Below are positions 19,894-30,400 of a stretch of DNA of 64,000 nt, in pieces (positions within the stretch are counted from its first letter, which is position 1; each line of letters starts with the position of its first letter). The position numbers and the translations under genes were made by a program. The notes under the pieces are model-generated. The model saw nothing but the letters and a program-made list of their open reading frames with translations. It searched no databases and was not told the origin of the DNA. This stretch comes from Bacteroidota bacterium (GTDB lineage: Bacteria; Bacteroidota; Bacteroidia; Cytophagales; UBA9547), in contig RDZG01000057.1 of assembly GCA_004293915.1 (NCBI GenBank), forward strand, positions 1-64,000, written 5' to 3'.

Positions 19894-20817
19894 TTGCTCA
19901 ATAATAAAACTCATTTGCAAATTTCGGTCGAAAAAATAGCGGTTTTTACAGGGCACAAAGATTGTGTGTACACCGTTTTGGGAGATAAAAATGCCACCGA
20001 TTTTTATTCTGCTGCTGGCGATGGCATGGTTGTAAAATGGAATACTAAAAAACCCGATGAAGGCGAATTAATCGTAAAACTTCCACATTCGATTTACGCT
20101 TTACATTATTTAAAAGATAAACAGCAACTCATTATTGGTCAGAATTTTGAAGGAATACATTTGATTGATTTGGTTGAAAAAAAAGAACTAAAATCGCTCA
20201 AACTTACACAAAGTTATATTTTTGATATTTTAGTTTTTGAGCAAACTATTATTGTTGCTTGTGGCGATGGAAATGTACATATTGTTGATTTAGAGACTTT
20301 TACAAAAACAAAAACCTTATCTTTTTCCGAAAAAAGTGCTCGTTGCTTGTCCATTCATCCACATTTGAACGAATTGGCTATTGGATACAGCGACAACAAA
20401 ATTAGGATTGTTAATTTGAAAGATTTTTTGCTCCTCCAAACCATAGATGCACACACGATTTCGATTTTTAGTTTGTGCCATTCGCCAGAAAATAATTTTT
20501 TGGTGAGCGGCAGCCGCGATGCACACCTCAAATTTTGGGATTGCTGGAATCATTATGCAGCTACCGAAGATATTGTAGCACATTTGTATGCCATCAATCA
20601 TGTTGCTTATTCGCCTGATAATCAGTTTTTTGCTACTTGCAGTATGGACAAATCTATCAAAATTTGGGATGCCAAAACCAACAAACTTTTAAAAGTAATA
20701 GATAAATCCAGACATGCCGGACACGCAACTTCGGTTAATAAACTGGCTTGGCTCACTCAAAATTTACTGCTTTCGTGTAGTGATGACAAAAAAATATCGC
20801 TATGGAAAATCAATTAA
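19894..20817 (+). CDS. WD40-repeat protein
   Basis: Repeated GH...WD-type units (SGSRDAHLKFWD, CSMDKSIKIWD, CSDDKKISLWK). Confidence 0.75.
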   Translation: MLNNKTHLQISVEKIAVFTGHKDCVYTVLGDKNATDFYSAAGDGMVVKWNTKKPDEGELIVKLPHSIYALHYLKDKQQLIIGQNFEGIHLIDLVEKKELKSLKLTQSYIFDILVFEQTIIVACGDGNVHIVDLETFTKTKTLSFSEKSARCLSIHPHLNELAIGYSDNKIRIVNLKDFLLLQTIDAHTISIFSLCHSPENNFLVSGSRDAHLKFWDCWNHYAATEDIVAHLYAINHVAYSPDNQFFATCSMDKSIKIWDAKTNKLLKVIDKSRHAGHATSVNKLAWLTQNLLLSCSDDKKISLWKIN

Positions 20818-22154
20818 TCGACTATAAATCAGCTACATCTGTCGAAATAGTTTCAAAAATCGCTTCGGCACTTCGGATTAAGCTTATTGGAAAATTACTC
20901 ATCGAATGTTTTTCGCAAAACAAAGACGAATTAATTTTAGGCTTTGGCGATGCAAAAGAAGATTGTTGGATAAAAGCAAATTTTGATGTCGAAATTGGAC
21001 TTTTGAGCTTTCCAGAAATAGTGAGCAGAGCAAAAAAAAATTCGGTCGATATTTTTGCTATACTCAAAAACCTAAAAGTTTGCCATGTACATTATCATCA
21101 AAACGAACGCAGTTTTCATTTAGAATTTGAGCAAAATTATGATTTGATTTTCAAATTACATGGCAAGAACTCAAACCTAATTTTAGTCCAACATTTTAAG
21201 ACAATTGATGTTTTTAAACATAATTTACAAAACGATTTTAAAATTGATATTTTAAATTATGTACATGATAATCAAGTTGTTAAATACGAAAATATATTAG
21301 AAAATCTAACCAACTTTTATTCATCTTTTACAAAAGATTTTTATATAACAAAGCAAAAAAAACAAGCCTTTGTTGCTTTGCAAACCAAAATAAAATCAAT
21401 CGAAAAATACCTTTTTTCTGCCAAAACAAAACTTAATATTTTAGAAAATCATCTTTCGTATGATAAAATTGGACATATTTTGATGGCAAATTTGCATTTG
21501 AATATTTTAAATCAAAATGCAATAAAACTTATGGATTTTTATACCAATTTAGAAATCGAAATAAAACTAAAGCCATTGCTTTCGCTCCAAAAAAATGCAG
21601 AAATATATTATAGAAAAGCAAAAAACCAGAAAATCGAAGTTCAAAAAACCATAGAAACTATTGCTACAAAAGAAAAAGAATTAGTAAAACTCGAAATGTT
21701 ATTATCTGAAATTAATAACGCTGAGAACATAAAAGAAATTACACAAAAAACTACTAACGAAAAGCTGCTTGTTCCAAAGCAAAAAATAGCACAACAAACG
21801 CCATATCACGAACACGAACACGAAGGTTTTAAAATTTGGATTGGCAAAAATGCTCAACAAAACGATGTTTTAACCTTAAAATTTGCACACAAAGAAGACC
21901 TTTGGTTGCACGCCAAAGACAGTCCAGGTTCGCATGTGATTATAAAATTTCAGGCAGGAAAAACCATTCCCAAAACCGTGATTGAACAAGCCGCAAGTTG
22001 GGCAGCATTTTTTTCTAAACGCAAAAACGAAGGACTTGTGCCTGTGATAGTTACAAGCAAAAAATTTGTTCGCAAGCCAAAAGGTTTGCCTCCAGGTTCG
22101 GTGATTGTAGATAAAGAAGATGTGATTTTAGTAAAACCTCAAAAAACAGATTAA
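20802..22154 (+). CDS. NFACT-family (DUF814 / NFACT-R) protein, RqcH-like
   Basis: C-terminal DUF814-like block (FKIWIGKNAQQND...HAKDSPGSHVII...VPVIVTSKKFVRK). Overlaps the WD40 gene by 16 bp. Confidence 0.65.
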   Translation: MENQLIDYKSATSVEIVSKIASALRIKLIGKLLIECFSQNKDELILGFGDAKEDCWIKANFDVEIGLLSFPEIVSRAKKNSVDIFAILKNLKVCHVHYHQNERSFHLEFEQNYDLIFKLHGKNSNLILVQHFKTIDVFKHNLQNDFKIDILNYVHDNQVVKYENILENLTNFYSSFTKDFYITKQKKQAFVALQTKIKSIEKYLFSAKTKLNILENHLSYDKIGHILMANLHLNILNQNAIKLMDFYTNLEIEIKLKPLLSLQKNAEIYYRKAKNQKIEVQKTIETIATKEKELVKLEMLLSEINNAENIKEITQKTTNEKLLVPKQKIAQQTPYHEHEHEGFKIWIGKNAQQNDVLTLKFAHKEDLWLHAKDSPGSHVIIKFQAGKTIPKTVIEQAASWAAFFSKRKNEGLVPVIVTSKKFVRKPKGLPPGSVIVDKEDVILVKPQKTD

Positions 22155-22160
22155 GATAAA
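22116..22160. repeat. 45-bp direct repeat A (3' end of the NFACT gene), left boundary of the inserted element
   Basis: gaagatgtgattttagtaaaacctcaaaaaacagattaagataaa. Matches 24424-24468 with 3 substitutions. Confidence 0.8.
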
Positions 22161-22173
22161 AGTTTCATTTATA

Positions 22174-22205
22174 CCTAAAGGTTGGTGTTCTTCACAACAA
22201 AACTT
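22174..22205. repeat. Partial, degenerate copy of the two-hairpin structured repeat (hairpin-2 half)
   Basis: cctaaaggttggtgttcttcacaacaaaac versus the full copy cctaaaggttggtgttcttcaccaacaaaac at 24017. Confidence 0.6.
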
Positions 22206-22340
22206 TTAAAATCTGATGAAAATCCAACAAAAGCTGGAATTTGCAACACTATTTTAAATTATAAATATTCATCAGCAAAATATAATGAGTTGAATCAATC
22301 TGAATGGACATTTTTGTTTAGTTTATTTGAATAATATTTG

Positions 22341-22372
22341 ATTGATTTGTTGGTAAAAGAACACAAACAAAG
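22341..22372. repeat. Partial copy of the two-hairpin structured repeat, in inverse orientation
   Basis: tttgttggtaaaagaacacaaacaaaggc versus copy 4 tttgttggtaaagaacaccaaaggc at 54769. Confidence 0.5.
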
Positions 22373-22571
22373 GCGGAAAAGTTATTGTAATATGAAATTA
22401 TTGTATATTTATTCGTTAGAAACGAATGTCTCAACCGACCACGTTGAAAACGAGGTCGATTGGGGTAGAAAGAAATACATAAAAACTTAAGATTAACTCT
22501 ACCCAACAACGCAAGTATTTGCACAAAAATGAACATTATAAAATTTAATAAAAATTAATTAATAAAATATC

Positions 22572-23438
22572 ATGGCAAGAAAAAGAAGAAAAATAGGCTT
22601 TTATTATTTAACAGTTTCAATTGACAATTATGACAAACAAGTGGTTTTTAATCAAATTATAACATATATAAAAGATTTACCCAGAGCTTCTAAAAAATTT
22701 AATCTTGGCGATAATAAATTCTGTGTATTAGACTCTGTTACACCATATCTAAACGACAATAGATATAAAATTGTTTTTAAGAGTGCAACACATAGTTTTA
22801 GACCAAATTTGATACATCAACAAACTATAGACGAACGAGAAAATCCTAAACAAATTCAAGAGGGTGAAATAGAAAAAACGCATATATTAATAAAAGCAAT
22901 TAATGGAGATTTAGTTGTAATTTTCGAAAAACATTTAGGGGGGATTGGCATGAATCAATTGGTAAAATATTTAAATAATTTTACAAGTCAATTTCAAAGA
23001 GATCAAAATTTAGAGAGTTTTAGATTTGGACATGAAATAATAGTGAAAGATGATTTTTTGGAAGAAATAGCAAATCTAAATCGAGTAACTAGTGCGGAAA
23101 TATATGTGGATAAACAAATATTAGGTGGTGACGCATTAAATTTCTCAAACAGAACAAATCAGGTGAAACATGAAGTTGTTGTAAGTGTAAAAGCTAATAA
23201 TAGAAGTTCGATAAGTGAATTCGCAAATGACTTATATGCGAGTTTTAATGGAGGTGAAAATAGAATAAATAAAATTAGATTAGTCGGAAAAAATCACGAC
23301 AATAATGATGTTGTAATTAAAACTGACTTTATAGAAAGGCAGGAATATATAAATCCAGAAATGAATACAGAAACTGGTGAAATATCCACTCACGATATTT
23401 TCACAGAAATGGAAAATGTACTTTACAACTTTAATTAA
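22572..23438 (+). CDS. Hypothetical cytoplasmic protein (cargo gene 1 of the inserted cassette)
   Basis: 288 aa. No TM helix. No motif recognised. AT-rich codon use. Followed 1 nt later by a membrane-protein gene. Confidence 0.5.
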   Translation: MARKRRKIGFYYLTVSIDNYDKQVVFNQIITYIKDLPRASKKFNLGDNKFCVLDSVTPYLNDNRYKIVFKSATHSFRPNLIHQQTIDERENPKQIQEGEIEKTHILIKAINGDLVVIFEKHLGGIGMNQLVKYLNNFTSQFQRDQNLESFRFGHEIIVKDDFLEEIANLNRVTSAEIYVDKQILGGDALNFSNRTNQVKHEVVVSVKANNRSSISEFANDLYASFNGGENRINKIRLVGKNHDNNDVVIKTDFIERQEYINPEMNTETGEISTHDIFTEMENVLYNFN

Positions 23439-23439
23439 T

Positions 23440-23952
23440 ATGTATATCGAGTTCTTTCTTCTGATTTTTGATTATTTCAAAACAATTACTAAACGAATAT
23501 TCTTTTTTGAGATCGGTATTCCATTTCTATTAGTAGTTATATTATTCTTTTTTAATAAAAATGAAGATTTTGCTGCTTACAAACTTTTCAAAGAGAATTC
23601 GATAAATATTTTGGGTGTTCTTTTGGGCTTTTCAATTACAGTAATTACAATTTTTACAACTGGAAGTGGAAAAAGTATTGATGAAATAAAAATTTTAAAA
23701 ACAAGGTTTAAAATTGGAACTAACCCAATAACATTATATGAGCTTTTAATAATAAATTTTACTTATTCAGTAGTTTTAGAAGTTTTGGTTATAGTTGGAT
23801 GTTTAGTTATGCCATTATTTTCAAGCAAAGCATATTTTAATATACAACTTAAATTATGTTTATATCTAACATTAGTTTACTTGGTTATCCATATTCTTTT
23901 TTTGACTATGCGAAATTTGACAGATTTCTATTTAATAATCACAAAAAAATAA
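23440..23952 (+). CDS. Small integral membrane protein, ~4 TM (cargo gene 2)
   Basis: ATG at 23440 lies 1 nt after the cargo-1 stop. Four long hydrophobic segments. The ORF-track start at 23377 would overlap cargo 1 and is less likely. Confidence 0.5.
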   Translation: MYIEFFLLIFDYFKTITKRIFFFEIGIPFLLVVILFFFNKNEDFAAYKLFKENSINILGVLLGFSITVITIFTTGSGKSIDEIKILKTRFKIGTNPITLYELLIINFTYSVVLEVLVIVGCLVMPLFSSKAYFNIQLKLCLYLTLVYLVIHILFLTMRNLTDFYLIITKK

Positions 23953-24013
23953 TTCCCTAATCACCCACTCAACCTCGTTTACAACCTTTAGATTTGTAAA
24001 ATATAATTTTTTG

Positions 24014-24127
24014 CCTAAAGGTTGGTGTTCTTCACCAACAAAACTTACATTTAATAAATAATTTGCTATGTTCGTAGATTAGAAAGTTAATGCATGTTGG
24101 TCGAAAAGAAGACCAACATGGGCAGGA
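24014..24127. repeat. Full copy of the two-hairpin structured repeat (copy 2)
   Basis: gcctaaaggttggtgttcttcaccaacaaaac ... catgttggtcgaaaagaagaccaacatgggcagga. Reverse complement aligns along the full length with the copies at 53216-53313 and 54699-54792. Confidence 0.75.
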
Positions 24128-24372
24128 AAATCAAGCCAAATGAATTTGCAATTATAAATACTATAAATAATGAAGTCTTTTTTTTTAATATAGATTCTAA
24201 AATTACAAGTAAAATTTTAGAAATAAAGAATTCTTTTGATGATTTACCAATTATTGATAATTTAAAATTTAATCTAAAAATGTCGGTTGATGAATATAGT
24301 GATATAATTTATATTGCCTTTCAAACAAAATCAAAAAAAATATTGATTTATTCTATTAAAATTCCTATTTAG
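24118..24372 (+). CDS. Small hypothetical protein
   Basis: 84 aa from the second ATG (MGRKIKPNEF...). The start overlaps the repeat boundary. Low coding confidence. Confidence 0.3.
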   Translation: MGRKIKPNEFAIINTINNEVFFFNIDSKITSKILEIKNSFDDLPIIDNLKFNLKMSVDEYSDIIYIAFQTKSKKILIYSIKIPI

Positions 24373-24423
24373 ATAAAAAAACCACTCGACATCGTTTATA
24401 GAAATCGAGGTCGAGTAGGTGGG

Positions 24424-24468
24424 GAAGATGTGATTTTAGTAAAACCCAAAAAAATAGATTAAGATAAA
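24424..24468. repeat. 45-bp direct repeat B (displaced NFACT 3'-end remnant), right boundary of the inserted element, overlapping the sprA stop
   Basis: gaagatgtgattttagtaaaacccaaaaaaatagattaagataaa. Reading-frame remnant EDVILVKPKKID* versus the intact EDVILVKPQKTD*. Confidence 0.8.
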
Positions 24469-27400
24469 CTAAATCGGAGTCTGACGCCAAACTGAAAAGT
24501 GCTTTGACGGAACGAAGTCGAAATTTTTGGAATGGTCAATCTATATTCGCAATAGATTTGAATATTTAATCGTTGATTAAGTTGATAACCAATATTTGGT
24601 GTTACTTGATACGTAGTTACACCTTGTGTTACCACAGGCGAATCATCCAATCTGCGTTGGGTAATTTTTGAATCTCTCCGAGAAATATCGACCCTAAATT
24701 GTACATCGTTTTTGATAACAATTGTCCGTCCACGATACATAAAAGGCAATTTTAAATTTGCTTTTGTATAGCCATATCCAAAAACAAATTCGCTACTTCT
24801 GTTTTCGTTGATTTGGCTATTGGCAATACTGAGTGTAACATTTCTATCGGTTTTGTACTCAACCCTAAAATTCATATTGTTTTTGGTTTTCATATTTACA
24901 CCTAAAAAAGGAGTAAATCTATCTATAATCGAAACGCTATTGATTACATTGATGGGAGCAAAATTATTTTTAAAATCGGCTGCCGAATCTGGTTTTGCCA
25001 CTCCAATTGGCTGTGATGGATTTAAGTATTCAAATGGAAAATCTTTTCTGATATCATTAGTATTGTTGTATTTCCCGTTTGATGTAAAATTTCCAACATT
25101 ATAAGTCGAAGAATATGCATGTGTGATACTGATAGAAGGAAATATTTTTTTTAATCCTGGAAAAATATTTCCCAAACCTGCATAATCTAATCGCCAGTTT
25201 GGCAACGGTATGCGTGGAAATGCCGACAAGCCCGATTTAGTGGCATCTTTTCCGCTATATGCAGCCAAAAAAGCTGGAATCAACACATCTTGATGGTTTT
25301 TATCATACCTAAAGTCTGTTTTTTGAGTTCCATTTTCTTGGGCTTCAATCGTTGGATTTCCATCTTTTAATCTTTCCAAAATTACATTTCGATTAGATTG
25401 AAATTCATTAAATACCGCATTGGTGTTGTCTGAATTATCTGCCACAAAAAATGTACCGATAGACATAAAAGAAATATTATAATTTCCAGAACGTGTGGGA
25501 GCTAGGGATTCGAATCGATTATAAAATGGGTTTGATGTATCCGAAGTTGTATTGTATTTAAACAATTCTTGATAGGCACTTGTGTAACTCACTTTGGCAT
25601 CGAGCTGTATTCTAAAATCCCTAAAAGGCTCCACTGTGGCTCTTCCATTGATGTTATTTGTTCGGTTTTGTGCCACAAAATTACTCAGATTTTGTGCTTT
25701 CGACATGTATTTATCCGCAAAATCTGGATTTCTGTAAATTCGATTATCTTGACTACCTAAAATAAATGGCAAAAAATCGGTGTAAAGCGAACCTTCATTT
25801 TGGCTATCATCGAGTCCAAAATAGCGAGGTTTACCTTTATATCCAGGCAGAACTGTGCCTTCTGTTTGTTGGTAAGTAGCATTCACAGATTTTACCATCG
25901 TGAGTAAACGGGCAACAAATTTGAGTCCTCTAAGTTCGGGTGGAGGTGGGGCTTTTTTGCTTGTATCTTTTGGATTTGGGACTGGTTTTGGAGCAGGAGG
26001 TTGATTTAACTTACTCAAAAACTTAACTTTATTATAGATTTTTGCCAAATCTGCACGAGCATTTAAGGTTAAATCACGGTTATTTTGGGCTGTATTACCC
26101 AACGAATCGGTTTTTCGACCTGCAGCACCCGCATTAAAATTAAAGCCCGCATTATACGAAGCATCAGCAGATAAAAAACTCGTTAATGGAAATTTATCGA
26201 GCGGTAATTTATAATTTAGTCGAGCATTTTGGACAAAGTTTTTGGTTCGTCCGCCTCGTGTTAAATTAAACATAACCGAATCTCGTTTGGTAAAATTTGG
26301 ACGACTCGAACTAATTAAATCATCATTTATATCTCCGCCTGGCTCATCCACAATGGCATTTACATTGGCAGAATAATTAAAACTAATGCTTTTGGTAAAA
26401 TTCCAACTCATGGCATAGTTTCGGTTAAACAAAAAACGTTTTTCAAACGTTGGAATAATCCCATCTATGTTATGTCTGCCCGATTCTATTCCGTTGCTGT
26501 ATTGCGTTTTGATAATGGTTCGATCCAAATCGCCACGCAGGGTAATACTGGCTGGCAATGGCGAAAAATTCATTTCTTTAATTAATTTCAGATATGGAGA
26601 TTTGAACGGACCATCCACTTTTTTTAAAGGCTCAATATTTGAATTTGCTAAATTATAATTATAACCCAACCCCGCTCTATAATTTCTTGAGTTATAGCTT
26701 TGGATATTTACATTTGCACGATTTACATCCGAATAAGCAACCGTAGCCGAAAGATTTTCGACATCATAAATATGTTTTTTTGCATTGGGTTTTACTTTTA
26801 CTTTTTGCACATTGGTAAGACTCACACTTCGTCTAAGTGTTTGATCTTCAATAAGTTTTGCATACTCGCTACGTATAGAATCGGGTCTGCCATTTATAGA
26901 ACGTTCGGTTAAAACATCTGGTCGCAAAGGGTCATACCTAGGTGTAATGTCTTTTCTGTCGATACTCACAAAAAGTGGCAATTTTAATCCAATGTGTTTT
27001 TCGTTTAGAGGAATAAGTTTATCGATGGCAAAATTCCCATTAGCACCATAATCGTGTGTGGTTTCTTGCAACCGTTGCGAAACTTTTTGCTCCAATCCAC
27101 CAAAACCAGCAGTAGCATAACGAGTTGTGCCTGCTATATTTCCAAAATCAGCTAACTTAATATTTAGTTTTGCGGTAGCAGCAAGTCCATCGGCATTTTG
27201 AAAACCCGACATACGCAATTCGTTTGCCCAAATACACAAACTTTTTGAGGTTCTGTCGCCACCCTGTTTTTTAGGATTACGAATACCAATCATAACAGCT
27301 TGAATATTAGCATAATTAGGCGTTCCTCGAATATATAATCTTTGTTTAGTAAGATTTTTTCCAGTACTATCTGTAAGAAAACCTGCATCAAAAATCTGAA

Positions 27401-30400
27401 AACGATCTACATCGCGAGTCGAATCTCTGCGTACTTTTTGGGTCGATAAATCTTCGAGCTTAAAATCAAACCAATTGTCTTTTCTCCAAATTTCAAGTTT
27501 ATCATTTAAAATACTTCCATCGTCAATTTCTTTTCCGTTTAAAGTTGATAATTTATCATTTTTTGTAAAATCAAGCGGAATTTCTACTTCGTAATAATTA
27601 TCTGTTAAATCTGTACCAATACGCATAAAAATGCGTGTATCTTCATCTTTTGTGAAAATATCAGATGTTTCGGCATGTACAAACATCCGCATACGGTCGT
27701 AGTTTATTAAGTTTACTCCCGATGAACCTGTACTATAAATTTTAAAAGCACCTCTAGCATCGTTATAAGCCAAATTATCGACACACAAACGCAACGAGTG
27801 TTCGTTTAATCTTCTGTTTACAGTATTGCTCAAATCTCTATCTCGCTGAAAACCTGGTGGTTGCACATACGGACTATTTCCATTTAACACACCTTGAGTA
27901 TTTTCTTCAGCATTTACTTGCGAAATAGTAAAAACTTTATCATCGGGTTCGATTACTTGTTTCAAACCTTTTCCAGATAAATCTCCCAAAAATGGACGCC
28001 AAGTGCTGGCAACTAATTCTAGTTTTGCGGTTCGAATCACAACGGGTTCTGCCCAATCGGTGAGTGCCATACGCAAAAAGCGAATAGATTTAAAATTTTC
28101 TATATCTCCAACTTTTTCAAAACCTTCTCTGAGCGGAATTCGGAACAAATACCATTTCACTGCTTCGTCAGCATCCAATGCATTATTATTATTAAAATCT
28201 ACGGTTTCTGTAACTTCATTGATGATAAAATTAGAACCTACTTTTAATTGACCAGGTCTTAAATCTAATTTATATTTAAAATAAGCTTCTATATCATTAA
28301 GTGTGTTGTTTTGATTCAAATCTTCGTTATCGGGTGTATTATAATTATTTCGGGTTTGCCCAGTAGATTCTTGCGAATTTTTTTCTTGTCCATTAAACAA
28401 TTTATAACGTTCTGCAATTTTTGCCGAACGTCCATTTATATTGTCATACGATGCATCCAAATAATGTTTAAAATTATCGTTTGATGGATCAGACTCTATT
28501 TGATTATAGGTTTCAGTCGAAACTATCGATTTTATTTTATCCAAAAAACGACTTCTAAAATACCCTCTTTCTTGGTCATCACTCAAGCCTTCGAGTCCTA
28601 TGTCTTGTGCTTCTCTGGCTCCTTCTTGTGTGCCAAAAGCATTGGTAAGATAGGGCTGATTGGTAACTCTACTAACTGCTGTCAAATCTGTGGTTGGAGA
28701 ATTTATATCGTTAGGCACCGAAAGTCCTTGTTCAAAATTTTGTCTGCCATCTTTTATGGCATCTTCGGAAATACTACCTAAATGGAACTCAATTCGTCCA
28801 CCAGTTGCGTTACTTTTGTTGAGTCGTCCGTCTAGCACTCTACCTCTATTTGTGGCTATAAATGGATCCATCATCCAAAACTCCAAGTACTGATAGTTGG
28901 CATTATCAAAATCGGTATCTTGGTTGTTTACAGCTCGTGTGATACCAGCCCAGCTATTTCTTGGCGATGTTAAAAGTCCATTTTGGTTCAAATTTGAGCT
29001 ATAATTATACGGACCACGTTCTTCTGGATAAAAAGCCAAATCGAAAACAGGCTCAGGTGTTTGCAATTGTTGTCTATCTCTTCCCGGAAATAACGCCTGT
29101 TGGTTTATCGCTCGCACATAATGATTTGTTAAATCTTCGGCTGTGATGCTGTCTGGAATATTTCCTCTTTGTTGATAAAACGAAAAATCGACTTGATACC
29201 AAGCCAATCGAGCACGATTATCGCCAATAGCAATGGGATTAGAATTTTCGTTATAATTCAATCCTTCTAACCCTTTTGGAACAGATGCAATTCGCCACAC
29301 ATTTTGCGGAGCACTGCTGCCTAGAGAAAACTCTGTTTGGCTGTTTTCAAAATCATCTAAATAATAATTGGGTTGCCCACCTTTTTCAACAAAAGATGGC
29401 GAACCTGTGTTGAGTTTTGCAAATTCACCACTAAATTGAATGGTAGATTTTTCTTTGGTGTTAATTACAGGAAGTTTATCAACTAATTTGGTTATAAATC
29501 CACTCTCACGTTTAAATGTTCCATCCAATCCATAAATACTATTACTTACTGGTTCATCACCAATTGCCACACGAGAGATTTGTGGACGTTCGCTCAAGCT
29601 CAAATATGTTGCTCCAAAAGCAACATCTTTATTTACTTTATAATCTGCACGTAAGCCCAAAAATCCACGTTGCCGAACCTGAAACAAATCTTGTTTGTCG
29701 AATTTAACTCTTACATCTTGACCGGGCATTAAAAAAACAGGATTTATAATCTTTATTTGCCCAAGTTCTGGCATTAAAATGTAATCAATATTTTCATTAA
29801 GTCTTTGACTTCCAGAATATACGCTAACAGATTTCGGGTCAATATTTCCTCCAAAACTGGCAAATTGAATCACGTCCGAACTCGAAGACTGAAGTTGTCC
29901 AATCAAAAAGAATTTGTTTTTCCCTGCCAATTGCAACACATCTGATTTTGTATTTCGATAGATTTCATCAAAAACATATTGATTAATCAATTGCGGTTGA
30001 GCAAGTGTATCTTGTCCAAAAGATTTTCGCAAATGGCTACCAAAAGGCTCAAGCACAGGGAAAATCATGCGTCCATAGGCTGGATCAATTGTAACTGCCG
30101 TAACTTTATTGGTTTGAATACTTAAATTTATATTCTGACTTGGGTCGTTTAGATTTGTATTTTGAGGTGTCGTATTTTGTTGATTTGGATTTTGTGTAGT
30201 ACCTTGATTGGGCAAAGTTGGTTGCAATGCCGTGTTTTGCGGACCAACTGCACTTGTTTGATTAGTGGCATTATCAACAAAATCGAAATTTCCATCGGGT
30301 TGCAAATCGTTACTCATGTTGAGTTTATCCAAATTCATAACCTCAATCAATGGTTTTCCTTCTATTCCACCAAAAACATCATCTCTTGTGCCACCATAAT

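Noticed and set aside
19894-22154. WD40-NFACT gene pair as a novel system
   Set aside because: Both are recognisable, widespread families. Their 16-bp overlap suggests an operon but nothing else is unusual. The NFACT 3' end is noted only as an integration target.
22318-22536. 72-aa minus-strand ORF inside the inserted element
   Set aside because: It overlaps the structured hairpin region and the partial repeat copy. The composition is low-complexity. It is more likely non-coding, a leader or regulatory region of the 288-aa gene.
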